Shown here piece after piece: positions 32,025-44,350 of a stretch of 64,000 bases of DNA. How positions within the stretch are numbered: the stretch's first letter is position 1; each line of letters opens with the position of its first letter. The DNA is from the human T2T-CHM13v2.0 reference genome, Homo sapiens. Below the pieces are notes generated by a model that worked only from the letters and a program-made list of their open reading frames with translations, searched no databases and was not told the origin of the DNA. The stretch lies in the NCBI RefSeq assembly GCF_009914755.1, contig NC_060928.1; one strand, written 5' to 3'. A program made the position numbers and the translations under genes.

Positions 32025-32770
32025 GAGAGACAGAATAGCATAATGGCTAACAGCCTGCGGGCTCTGGACTCAGACTTCTAGTGTTCAAATCTCAATGTCA
32101 CAGTTTACTGAGTGTGTGACTGCTGGGGATAGGCCCCCAAATCTGCCCATAAACTGGTCCCAAAACTGGCCATAAACAAAATCTCTGCAGCATTGTGACA
32201 TGTTTGTGATGGCCATGATGCCCACACTGAAGGTTGTGGGTTTACAGGAATGAGGGCAAGGAACACCTGGCCCACCCAGGGCAGAAAACTGCTTAAAGGC
32301 ATTCTTAAGCCACAAACAATAGCATGAGCGATCTGTGCCTTAAGGACATGTTCCTGTTGCATATAACTAGCCAGAGCCCATCCCTTTGTTTCGGCCCATC
32401 CCTTTGTTTCCCATAAGGAATACTTTTAGTTAATCTATAATCTATAGAAACAATGTTTATCACTGGCTTGCTGTCAATAAGTATGTGGGTAAATCTCTGT
32501 TTGGGGCTCTCAGCTCTGAAGGCTGTGAGTCCCCTGATTTCCCACTCCACAAGCTATATTTCTGTGTGTGTGTCTTTAATCCTCTAGTGCCGCTGGGTTA
32601 GGGTCTCCCCAACCAAGCTAGTCTTGGCATGTGATCCTGTTAGTTCCTCTATCAAATGAAAATGAGAAAGTACCTATATCTCAGGGAGTTGAGGGCATCA
32701 TGAAATGAGAAGACATACATTGAGTGTCAACACATAGTAGAGGTCCATCAATAAATACCCATGGTATTAT
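32025..32770 (+). mobile_element. MIR split by MER9
   Basis: gctctggactcagac...gttcaaatctc...tgtgtgac|...tcagggagttgaggg...acacatagtag. Confidence 0.7.
32121..32629 (+). mobile_element. MER9 solo LTR (HERV-K HML-3)
   Basis: aggcccccaaatctg...aaactggccataaacaaaatctctgcagca signature; TG..CA ends; 6-bp TSD TGTGAC/TGTGAT. Confidence 0.92.
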
Positions 32771-32792
32771 ATTATATATATATATATATATA
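32765..32792. repeat. (TA)n microsatellite
   Basis: Direct reading. Confidence 0.9.
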
Positions 32793-33337
32793 AATGCTGA
32801 ACCATAAGTAACTGCTGTTTTTCAATATCCATCAAGTATTGTCAATTTAATAAGTTTCCATTCAATCAAAACATACACAGTGAATCTATAGGGATTCCAA
32901 AGTAACTATACAAAAATTAGCAACAGGAACATTTTTTTTCACAGAACCTTTTTCAGAAAGATAAATGATGAACAAATAAGCAAAAAAATTTTTTTAAAAA
33001 AGTACTTCTACTGTATATATTATGGAATCCGCACAGACTTGTCCCATCGCTCATACTTAATTATAAAGTAATATACAATAAAATTCATTATGAGGCACTT
33101 TATGAATTTGATGAACTGTAAACCATCAGATATTTAAAATATGTGTAGAATGAAGTGCTTTCTCTTGTACTTAAGTTTTTGAAAAAATTATAATCTATTC
33201 AGGAAAATATTTTAACACTAAGCATTCTTAAAGAATTTTTGGTAACAATAAACTCTCACACATCCGTGGAGTAGGTGCATGTAGATTGTATTAATGGTAA
33301 CAGAGGTTATTGAATTGTGCATTTTGATTAAAAGATT

Positions 33338-33436
33338 GATTCAACAGGTCTATTTTTATGTTAGTCATGAATCAGGCATGATGTCAGACCCTAGGGAGAC
33401 AATGATGAGTGAGACAGGGAGGGTCTCTGCTCTCAA
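33338..33436 (-). mobile_element. L2 3' fragment
   Basis: caggcatgatgtcagaccctagggagacaatgatgagt...tctctgctctcaa. Confidence 0.5.
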
Positions 33437-34991
33437 ACACACATATCACTGGAACTACTGAAATCCACTTATTACTGCAATGCCACCAACACAGAGAATT
33501 GAAAATTCCTCAAATACGAAAACATAAATTCTTTTTCTCAATCGAATGAGCATTTAATAGGGCCAGGGTTGTTGATAGTTCCAAAAAGAGGGTATAAATA
33601 GTTCTTATGGGGAAGAGTATCCCTCTTCATTTATGAGTCACATCACATATCAGCAACCAAAAAAATTCTCACTTGACTTGAAGAGTTAGATAACTAACAA
33701 GATTGGAAAATGGAAGAATAAAAGGTGAATCACAAATCTACTTAAATAATTCTATTATATAACAGCTAACTTTTTAGCAGCTTATTCCACAATAAGGTTT
33801 CCAAAGTAAAAAAAATCAAACATTGATAAAAATTAAAAAGATGATATTCACTCCATGTGACATATATAATTCATCATTTTCTCTATGTGACCATAATACA
33901 GGTAAAGAACAAGTATATTGAAAGGCATTTGACTATCTATTTGAATTTAAAAAGCTGCTCTCCCAGGATCAAATTTACAGCCAAAAATGCATATGTGTAC
34001 GTATGTCATATGTACATTAACAAAGCTGTACATAAAAATTTTCTAAAAGAAAACAACTATGACATTTTCAATGTTAGCATCATAAAACCTTAATGAATTT
34101 TTTATGACTGAAAGACTGCAGAGGCTTGGAATACAAATTAGAAGTCTTATAAAAGGTTGAAAATGTCTCTCATTCCAATCATTGAACCACTGGGAAAAAA
34201 GATGAAGATGGGGAAAGGAGTCAATTTTCCTAAATTCAAAAGAAAAATTTCCCTAAATTAAATTGCCAGAATACTTTATAAATGGTCATTTCCTAATTTT
34301 TCCCACTGACAATTGGAGAATTCTTTAGAGAAATATGTATTTCACAAAATAACATTGTTAAAAACAAAAAACACATGTGACAGGGCAAACCCAACATGTC
34401 AGTTAAGCCAAATAATCTGGATGTCTGTGAAATAATAAAAATGACTGATAAACCCAAAACACTATAACGATAATGTACATTATAATTATCTTGTCAATAT
34501 GAGCAGATGTTAAGTTGGATTGTCATAGTTAGGTTTGTTAAAATCCACACTCAAGTCTGAGGACAAAAACATAGATTGTTATTATCTAAAACTTCTATTT
34601 CTTTTAAAAAATCTAACTGTTGTTTGAAATCATGTAAATATTCAATAGCAGAAAAAAAGTCCTGTTAAGTTTACTTTTCTAAATTTAAAAAAGATTATAA
34701 CCTCTCCCTGTATTCTTTAACTCTACAGATAGTTTTAATAAAATTGAACATTTGGCCAAATTTAGATAAAGTAAAAAAGATTTTATAATATTGGTTTAGA
34801 CAGAGACATCTCATGGGCTTGATAAATAATTTCAAATCCCTGCTTCCCTCCTTGGAATAATTTAGGGAGATTTAACTTTCTAACTTTAGCAAAGACCAAG
34901 AATGTTAAATGAGTCTACTGAATGGTGTCATGTGGTTTCCAGCAAAACTACTCAATCATTTCTGTTTAAAGGTAATCAACTTAATTTGATA

Positions 34992-35049
34992 TTATAATGG
35001 TGCAAAAGTAATTGCAGTTTTTGCCATTACTTTTAATGCAACAACCTAA
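34992..35049. mobile_element. MADE1 (Hsmar1 MITE), internally deleted
   Basis: ggtgcaaaagtaattgcagtttttgccattacttttaat...caacctaa flanked by TA. Confidence 0.85.
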
Positions 35050-35372
35050 TATTTTCACTTTTTAGTCTCCATAATCACTACCTAAAAACTTTCAGTTTTT
35101 CCATGAACTGATAAAGTCTGAAGCTCTTCCATGTCAGACATAAAGTGAAACATCGCATTATACTGCAGTTGAATCTCAGTTCTTATGAGTCATTCTTCTG
35201 ATTTTCACACTATTTCTACTATATTGAATTATCAAATTGTATTGGTTTTGAGTACCTAAACTTAATTATGTTAAAATTTATATAGTCATTTCTTGGCCCA
35301 TGTCAAAAATTTGGTTGAAATTTACTTGTATCATTCATAATGAGAGTTTAAAGTCTAGACTGGAAAGTATAT

Positions 35373-35446
35373 CCCTAATACATTCTATCATCTTTCTAAA
35401 ATATCCTCACCCTAATACATTGTATCTTCTTTCTAAAACATCCTCA
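35373..35446. repeat. 37-bp tandem duplication
   Basis: ccctaatacattctatcatctttctaaaatatcctca twice, 3 mismatches. Confidence 0.9.
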
Positions 35447-36705
35447 AACCCAGATTAGATTGGCCAGGCAACTTGCTATAAAGCAAAAAAAAAAATCCAC
35501 TATTTTGCCTTCTGAATGAAGTTTAATTAACTTAGAGACTAGAATGTGGTCCACTGCAATCTATTAATGCTGCTTTATCATTCATGCTGATTAAAATGTT
35601 CTACATATACACAAAGTTGTAAAGTCTTTTTTACTACCCAGAATGGCTTTTAGAAAGTGAAGTGACTTTCTAAGAATATATGTCTTGATGGTAACTTAGA
35701 ATAAAAGAAAATAAAACGTCTACATATGAGACAGGATAAAGATTATACTGCTCCTTAAAGTGTATGGAAAGTTGGAGAAGGTATCCTAAAAATGGAGTGT
35801 AGAAATGAGACAGGGATCATATGGAAGATGTAAGTGCACATGTGACTAGAGATAATAGGCATATAAAAGATTGGTTCTTAATGTTACACACAGTGGGGTG
35901 TGAATATAAGCCTTTCCTGTGCTTGTTCCTAACATTTGGGTAAATCATCTTTATGAGAAAATACTTTTTAATTTCTCTCTTTCTGTCTTCTCCCTCCTTT
36001 CTTCCTCCTTTCCACCCTCTGTCCCTCCCGCCCTCTCTCCCTTTTATTTTACCATATGAGAATCAAAAAAGAGACAATGTAATGTACACATAGCAGGCAT
36101 AAAAGCATGGAAACAGAAGTGATCAAAAGTTTTTGAGAATTTCTAAAGCTTTAGGAGGAGAAAGTTTTTAGTCATCTATAAACTGTACAAATGAGGACAC
36201 AAACTGACTTCAGGCTTACATATCTAAACTAGAAGAAGTTGAAATAAGGTTTAATCAAAGCTAAGAATCTACTAAACTACAAAGTATAATCTTAAAATGT
36301 AAATGCAACAGCTTCTTTATGATGTCCTTTACCAGCTTTTTATTTCTTGTACATCGTGGTGGGACAAACTGGTTCTAGGAAGTGGCACGCTGTTACATTT
36401 TGCATGCCCATGTGAGGGGCAATATTCAGAGAGGTTCAAATGCCAGCCTAGGGAGAATGCTCTCAGCAAAAGGTATGGTAGTATAAAGAGAGTGATGGGA
36501 AGAAAATAGGAATGATGCTGCCACGTAAAGCTTCCAACAGAAAAAAAGAACTTTTCATAAGACATTAATTAACAAATTTGCATCAGTGTAGCAAATATTT
36601 AGTAAAGGTCTGTATTAAAATATAACTGAACTTGATTAAAATATGGTTTCTTATTTCATGAGAGTCAGTAAAAATTTCAGGGTGGTTACTTCCATGGTCC
36701 CAAAA

Positions 36706-37585
36706 GAGTGGCATCCCAAGGGTGGTGTGGTAGAAGCCATCTGACCTGGTGCAGGCAAAAAGGCAGACACATTGTCTGCAGACAATCTAAAACAGTAAGA
36801 AAACCATATAAAAGTTGGTCTTTTTATTAATGTATCCCCATGTATGGATTATTCTAAACAATTTCCATAATAAGATACTCCTCCCTGAAAACACTTTTCA
36901 TTCAACTAAGTTTTAAACAGTTGCTACAGGTTTCACCAAGTTTTATTAATTATGTGTATGCTTCAAATTAATACATTTATGTTATATATCCTTTAATAAT
37001 GTATTCTAGGTGGAAATTAATACAGAGAATTCTAAGTTATATAGTTGGCCTCTTATTCGTTTGGATGCAGCTATATGTATTCCTTTTTTAAATAATTATC
37101 TAAGGATTCAAAATTGTTTAAATTTGCTGAGGACATTATTTTGGGCTTTATCCCTTGTGGTAATAAATATTCTTTAGTCTAAACAGTAGATTCCAAATAA
37201 ATAATAATGGCACAATAATTATGAAAAGAAAGTAACCAATCTTGAATCACCTGAACTCTATCATTCTATATAACTAGTTGGTATTTTGTGTGTATGTGTT
37301 TTAAAATTTTTTAAACAGTAAAGCCAAGTGAGAACTGCAAGAAGTCATATTTTTGTTTGGTAAGTGCAAATTTTATCTCATACATTAGCTATTTTACTCA
37401 GCTTAAATAAAGTTCACATTTAATATTCTCTCAAAATATTTGTTCTAAAATTAAAGAATGAATTGAGCAAGTATCATTATTATTTCATGAGACTTACTTA
37501 CTGAAAATAATTTTGTCAGACAAAGAATGGGAGTGTTTAAAAAATGATCTTCATCAATGTTTTAAGTACTCTATGTACACCACTA
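36706..37585 (+). mobile_element. MER97-like hAT-Tip100 non-autonomous transposon
   Basis: agtggcatcccaaggg...ggtgcaggcaa...attgtctg start and aaaaatgatc...gtacaccact end, about 880 bp. Confidence 0.75.
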
Positions 37586-37591
37586 AGAGAA

Positions 37592-37787
37592 CTTTGGTCC
37601 AAATCCCAGCCTAGCTACTTAACTCTGTGACATTGGGCAAGAGATGAAGTTTCTCTATCTGTAATTTGGAAATAAAACATTCTTATTTAATTGGATTATT
37701 CTGAAAATTAAATGAATTAGTACAGGTAGTTAGAACAGCACCTGGAAAATATTAACTAACTGATAAACATTAAAGTTATTAATATTC
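37592..37787 (+). mobile_element. MIR
   Basis: aaatcccagc...ctgtgacattgggcaa...ttagaacagcacctgg. Confidence 0.7.
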
Positions 37788-38060
37788 ATGCTAGAAGACA
37801 TGACAGACCATCAACTCCTAAAATGAGTACCTCAAATTAATAAGCCTATGAAATATTAAAGGAAAGAAGATTATAGTAAAAATCCCAAATAAGACAAAAC
37901 AAATAAAAAGAAAAATACCTTTATATGAATATCTCAAGCTTTGATAATTATAATTTATATTAGCATATAAAGGACTCCATGGCAAGGAAATCTTTTAATT
38001 TTGTTTAATCTTATTTTTCGCTTATCTAGGCCATAAGATCCGCTTTCAGGAGTATTTCTT

Positions 38061-38147
38061 GAAAAGAAACAGTACACTAACAGTACACTAACACTGTTAG
38101 AAAAGAAATAGTAACTAACAGTGTTAGAAAAGAAACAGTACACTGTT
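38061..38147. repeat. Imperfect ~28-bp minisatellite, about 3 units
   Basis: gaaaagaaacagtacactaacactgtta variants. Confidence 0.85.
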
Positions 38148-38179
38148 GGTACGCTGCAAAAAACAGCTACACGGAGTAA

Positions 38180-38290
38180 ATCATTCATTCATTCATTCAT
38201 TCATTCAATAAAAGCTTACTAAACAATCAAAGAACAATTATATCAGGCTATAAACAGTCCATAGGGGAACTAGACCCCTGTTTTTCCTCG
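38180..38290 (-). mobile_element. L2 3' end with (ATTC)n tail
   Basis: (TCAT)n followed by caataaaagcttactaaaca. Confidence 0.55.
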
Positions 38291-38319
38291 ATAATTAATT
38301 AATTAATAATTAATTAGTA

Positions 38320-38540
38320 ATGCACATTATGGAGCACTTACTTACATAAATGTTTCCTAAACATTTTACGTGCATCATTATTTTTTAACTCTTACTTCAA
38401 TCCTATGTAGAAATAGTAAGAACCATTTTTAAAGATAAAGAATCTGAGGTTTGTAATCATCCAACCAGTAAGTTGTGGAATTGGACTTTGGACCAAGATA
38501 TTCCTGATACCAAAATCTGGGTTCTGACTACACTACTACA
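38320..38540 (-). mobile_element. MIR
   Basis: gagcacttact...ccatttttaaagataaagaatctgagg...cctgataccaaa. Confidence 0.65.
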
Positions 38541-39629
38541 TTCTTAAGTAAATTTTACTCCATTCCTAAAGAAGCTTACTGTCTGGAAATAACAATAAGT
38601 TTATGCAGAAAGTTACAAGGATTGTACTAAATTTTCTCTTGTTGCCTTGCCTTCTGGAAGGCTCAGGGCTAAGGAATGTGATTGGTTTAATAGTTTCTTT
38701 TAGTCTTGAGTTCCTGACACAGTTACCTACTCTCTGTTTTTCATCACTTTTGGTTTCCTCTTCTATCTTTGTTTAAATGTTTGATTTATCAAGAGTCTTT
38801 TACACAGACATATAAATTAGGCCAAATCCACTGAAGAGGCAATAGCTGGAAACCTTAGGAAAGAAATCCAAATATATAGTAACTATATGTATCAACATGA
38901 AACTTTCACTCATAATACTGTATTATGTAACCAAATTATTCTCTACACAATATGTCCCCAATAGATGTCAGGGTTTCTTGCTTTTTTCCACTTATCCTTT
39001 CCTAACCCCACTTTCTGTCTATTCCTGTGGCAGGAAAAGAAAAACAGCTATCAAGTGCTCTTAATAGGATAGCAATGCCTATTAAAAGTTAGAATATTAA
39101 TATAGTAGAATGGTAATTACTTTCATATTGCTTAAAAGGGCAATGGTGAAAAATGAAGGGAGCAGCACATTTGTAGAGGTGATGATGAAATAGTTTAGAA
39201 ACTGTAGAAGAAAGAGCCAATAGTCATTGACTCTCCGGCCTTATTCTGGCAAGTCATACAGACATACTTTAAAATTTTGTAGACTTGGAAAACGCATCAC
39301 ATTCACATTGATCAACAGTATTCAAATTTTAATGAATGGTATCTAAAATCAGAAATGATGAGAGTATCAATGACCTGTTTCACAGCCAGGCCCATACCTC
39401 ATCTCCGTTCTCATCCTTTCTGACCTCTCAACCATGACTCAAAGAGTTGAACTCCCAGTCTCCATTATTTCTCAGATATGGAGAGAACAGACTCCACTGG
39501 CAACAAAAACCTTCTGCATGCTTTCCCCAATATTTTCTTTATTGATATGCTGTGACTGCCAGGCTATCTCCTATCTATTTTTATTTCTTGCACTCTTAAA
39601 TTGGGGAAGGCTTTTCTCTTACGGTCTGT

Positions 39630-40430
39630 TAGGAGAGGCACTTAGTGGAAACAGCACAAGCTTTGGAATCAAATAATTCTGGATCTTAGTTCCCATTACA
39701 TGTCAGCTTTGTGGCTTGGGATAAATTGGCTATACCTTTACATTTCATTTTTATGTGTAAAATGGAGATAGTCATATTTGCATAAAGGTGTGTGCATTAT
39801 CTATAGTTGCCATAACAATCACCATAAACTTAGCAACTTCAATAAAATTCATTTATTATCTCACAGTTTCAGTGAGTCAAAAGTTCAGGCGCAGTGTGGC
39901 TCAACAAGGTTATCTGTGTAAAGTCTCACAAGGATGAAACCAAGGTGTTGCATATCCTGTATTCTGTATTGGAAGCTGGGGGAGACCTGCTTCCCAGTTC
40001 ATTCAGGAGGCTAACAGAATTCAGTTCCTGTCCATGCTTTCAACTTGCTCCCTTCTATCTTCAAGCCAGCCATGGTGCTTGGAGTCCCAATGCTTCAAGT
40101 CTCTCTGATTTCTTCTTCTGCCCTCAGCAGAGAGAAAGATGTGCTCTTAAGTGCTTATATGATTACACTGGGTCCACCAGGATAATCCAAGATAATCTTT
40201 CTATTATATAGTCAATTCATTAGTAACTTTAATTACATCTAGAAATTCCCTTGTTCCCACATACACAGCATATTCATGAGCATGATCTCCAGGAAACAAA
40301 CGTCATGGGGAACAGAATTCTGCCTACCAAAAGGATTAGTGTGAGGATCAAGTAAGTAAACACATATGCAGGGTGCAGGGTCTTTATGGTGCCAGCCAGA
40401 TTTTGAACACATACTAAATAATTACTTATT
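39630..40430 (+). mobile_element. MIR split by MLT1E
   Basis: gctttggaatca...tgtaaaatggagata|...gtgaggatcaagtaag. Confidence 0.65.
39789..40329 (-). mobile_element. MLT1E-like solo LTR
   Basis: atttattatctcacagtttc...agaattcagttcctg...gggtccaccaggataatccaag...agaattctgcctacca; 5-bp TSD AAAGG (39784-39788, 40330-40334). Confidence 0.85.
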
Positions 40431-43400
40431 TATATCTTCTTTGCTCACACCACAACATATATATACATGCTTTTCTTAACTTTGATATGTTGGCTTGTGT
40501 CTCATCTTTAAAGATTAGATAGATTCACTAAGATGAAATGCAACTTTTCTATTTTGATCTCATTCATACAGGTATTAATGAATTAAAAACCAACCAAACA
40601 AAAATGTTTACTTTAGTATTTTTCCTTTATTTTTTTATGATCAAGTTATAGCCTAAATCCTTGGCTTCTCATTTAACCAAGGAATGACAGAGATCTTGGA
40701 AATTTTCAGTCATCTTGGAGAAGACACTATGAAATTTATATAATTCCTAATCTAGGTAATTTATAGTAGAGAGAAAATGGTAGGGAAAAGCTTTCTCTTA
40801 CCTTTCGAAGAACTAAGAAATTACAAAGAGCATGCCAAGGCCAAAGCACACCTGTATTAGGCCTGAATTAAACAGAGAGAATCATCTAACTTTTTTTCCA
40901 ATCAAATGATAAAAATAAAAGCCCTAGAAGCTTTTTGAAACAGGTAGGAGCCACTGGACAATATATGATTCATACTGCTACCCTCTGGGTATCTTTTCAA
41001 TCAGCAGATTCAAGTTTTAGAGTAATTGGTATTATTTTTCCCTCTCCTCAAACACTCAGCTTTTCTATCACCGTCGAGAGCTGCATCCTTTTCTCAAATT
41101 TAAGACCATTCAAACACTCGAACTTCAGGGATGGCAATTATTAATTTCACTACTAAGGCTTGAGAAAACAAATAAGCTGCTCCAGAGTGAAGAAGGACTT
41201 TATGCCTCCATTGTATGCTCTCCCTCACAACTCCCCTAGGCTAAGGATACTATCACAGCGAATCAAATTGTGGAAGGGGACAGATGCATTTCTATGCAGC
41301 TCTCCTCCTAGCCAAACAGTATAATAGTGATGGTTCTCTTTTTTCACTCTAGAAGTTTCTCTGTACCATATACACTCTTTTCATTATGATCCTATAGCAC
41401 TTGGCAAAGCTAGATAAAATTCTTGCAACCCACTATTGAGATGGTATTCTTGGTTGTCTGCTTGGGTTTCTATGCTTTATGTGTATCACTTCAGAATGAG
41501 TTTAAATTGAGAGAAAAAGTAAGTACGAAGGTAATTTTTCATTAGTAGTGACATGAAATGTGAGCTGGTATAGCTAGAGGTAGCTTAGAGGAGAGATACA
41601 TATTCTTTGATGTCTATAAGACAAGCGCCATTTTTATAAAGATGATAAGAGTTTCAGAGCTAGGAGATTAAAAATTCCTGGATCCAGCTATCTGACTTTA
41701 AAAATGAGTAAGTTGAGGACAAGAGAAGTGAAGGAATTTGCTGAAAGTGGTATGACTTAATCAAGGCTGGTGAGGATTAGCACAATGAGAGCCAGTCTGA
41801 AGTCACTACATTACATGCCCCAAATCCTTCAAAACTATGCAAAACTCTGTCACTTGTAAAATAATCTCCATTTATCTGTACCCAACTAAAATAATGCTGA
41901 TCACATTCACATTCCTGGTTGTTGAGTCTCATTTACTGATTGCAAAAGAGTAAAATTTATGGATCACTTTTTAAATATGGAATGCACCTTAATGGCTTCC
42001 ATTTCATAAAGTGTACATATTTTCCTACACAGATTTAGAAGAAATACATGTCCTGCTTTCTCCTTGGCACATATTAAGTCATACATGACTAAAGTATCAG
42101 AGATACTTGCTTCCAACAAATTCTTCTGGACACTACTCTGAACAAGCTGATGTGTACACTCATTAAATACTGGGGTCTGACTGATAAGAATTTTCTGTGA
42201 GCCTTTTGCCTAATGACATTAAGACAGAGTTCCCAATTTGTACTTGTGGTGATTTACTGTTGCCGTTCCAACCATAATGATGGAAAATGTTTTTCCACTA
42301 TCATTTAATTAGCCAAGCAATCCTAGTAGAAATTAGTCTTGAAAATGTACCAGCAGAGAGAAGATTGAGAGCAGCTATGTAGAACTTTGTACCAAGACGA
42401 GACAACTTTAATAGCATGGCACTGGTATTAAACACTATCAATAATAGGAGTAATCCTTTCTCATAAAATAATTAAAACCAGAGGCCCTCAGCTTTTTGAG
42501 GCTTGTATTCCCTATCCATGTAATGAAGAGGCAGGTCTAGTATATTTGAAATATTATTTCTAGTTCTAGGACTCTATTTCATTCCCAAAATGATGACCTA
42601 AATGAGTGGCCCTGAGGATAAATATCCTGTTAATAAATATTCTAAAATAAATGTAAAGTTATCCTAAAACAAAAAAGAAAATCTAGCTTGATTAACTACA
42701 TATGGCCAGTAACAGCTCGATGCATTCAACAAAGTACAGGCATACCTTGTCTTACTGTGCTTTACTTTATTGCACTTCACAGATGTTGTGTTTTTTTTTA
42801 AACATTGAAGGTTTGTGGCAACCTTGCATCAAGCAAGACTATTGGGGTCATTTTCCCAGTAGCACATCCTCACTTTGTGTCTCTGTGTCACATGTTCGTC
42901 ATTCTCACATTATTCCAAATGTTCTTATTAATATTATACCTGTTATAATGATCTTTGCTCAGTGACCTTTGATGTTACTATTGTAATTGTTTTTGAGGCA
43001 TCACCAACCACACCCATCAAAGATGATAAACTTAATTGCTAGATATTATGTGTGTTCTCCATCTCTCTCCCTCCCCATGAGCCTCCCCATTCCTGAGGTA
43101 AAACAATACTGAAATTAGGCTCATTAATAAACCTACAATGTCCTCTAAGTGTACAAGTGAAAGGAAGTCATGTGTCTCTCACTTCAAATCAAAAGCTAGA
43201 AATGATTAAGCTTAATAAGAAAACATGTTGAAAGGTGAGACAGGCCAAAATCTGAACCTCTTGCACCAAACAGCCCAAGTTGTGAATGCAAAGGAAAAGT
43301 TCTTGAAGGAAAGTAAAAGTGCTAAGCCAGTGAACACATGAGTGAAAAGAAAGAAAAAGAGCCTTATTTTTGATATGATGGCAGTTTTAATGATCTAGAT

Positions 43401-43677
43401 AGAAGATGAAACCAGTCACAACATTCCATTTAGCCAAAGTCTAATCCACAGAAAGGCCCTAAATCTCTTCTATTCTATGAAGGCTGAGAGAGGTGAGAAA
43501 GCTGCAGAAGAAAAGTCTGAAGCTAGCAGAGTTTGGTGCATGAGGTTTAAGGAAAGAAACTATTTCTATAACAGAAAAAGCCAAAGTGAGGCAGCAAATG
43601 CTAACGTAGAAGCTGCAGCAAGTCATTCAGAATATCCAGCTAAGATAATTGAGGAAAGTGGCTACAAAAACAACACA

Positions 43678-43681
<4 letters not shown>

Positions 43682-43726
<45 letters not shown>

Positions 43727-44000
43727 GAGACAGAGTCTTGCTCTGTCACCCAGGCTGGAGTGCAATCTCAGCTCACTGCAACCTCCGCCTCCCAGGTCCA
43801 AGATATTCTCCCGCTTCAGCCTCCCAAGTAGTTGGGATTACGGGCATATGCCACCATGCCCGGCTAATTTTTGTATTTTTAGTAGAGACAAGGTTTTGCC
43901 ATGTTGGCCAGACTGGTCTCAAACTCCTGACCTCAGGTGATCTGCCCACTGTGGCCTCCCAAAGTGCTTGGATTACAAGCATGAGACACCATGCCTGGCC
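43682..44000 (-). mobile_element. AluS (Sx/Sz-like) with (AAT)n tail
   Basis: ctcctgacctcaggtgatctgccc diagnostic; short TSD CA[C/G]ATTTT. Confidence 0.93.
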
Positions 44001-44350
44001 CAGATTTTCAATGTGAATAAAACGGTGGAAGAAGATGTCATCTGACATTTTCATAGCTAGAGAGGTGAAGTCAATGACTGGCTTCCAATCATTAAAGGAC
44101 AGGTTGACTCTCTTGTTAGGGTCTAATGCAGCTTATGATTTTAAGTTAAAGCCAACAGTCATATTCCAGAAGTCCTATGGACCTTCTAGGGCCCTTAATA
44201 ATTATTCTAAGTCTACTTTGCCTGTGATCTATAAATGGAACAAGAAGTCCTAGATGACAGCACATCTGTTTACAGCATGGTTTACTATTTTAAGCCCACT
44301 ATTGAGACCTACTACATAGAAAAAAGATTCCTTTCAAAATATTACTGCTT

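Noticed and set aside
33081-33109. AAATTCAT...ATGAATTT inverted repeat
   Set aside because: An 8-bp AT-rich stem is expected by chance.
35373-38147. Short direct repeats as a CRISPR-like array
   Set aside because: Only 2-3 adjacent units without unique spacers; eukaryotic slippage duplications.
43477-44253. TIGD1-like gene, or poly-Tyr / poly-Ile proteins
   Set aside because: Disrupted Tigger1 transposase; the homopolymers are translations of the Alu (AAT)n tail.
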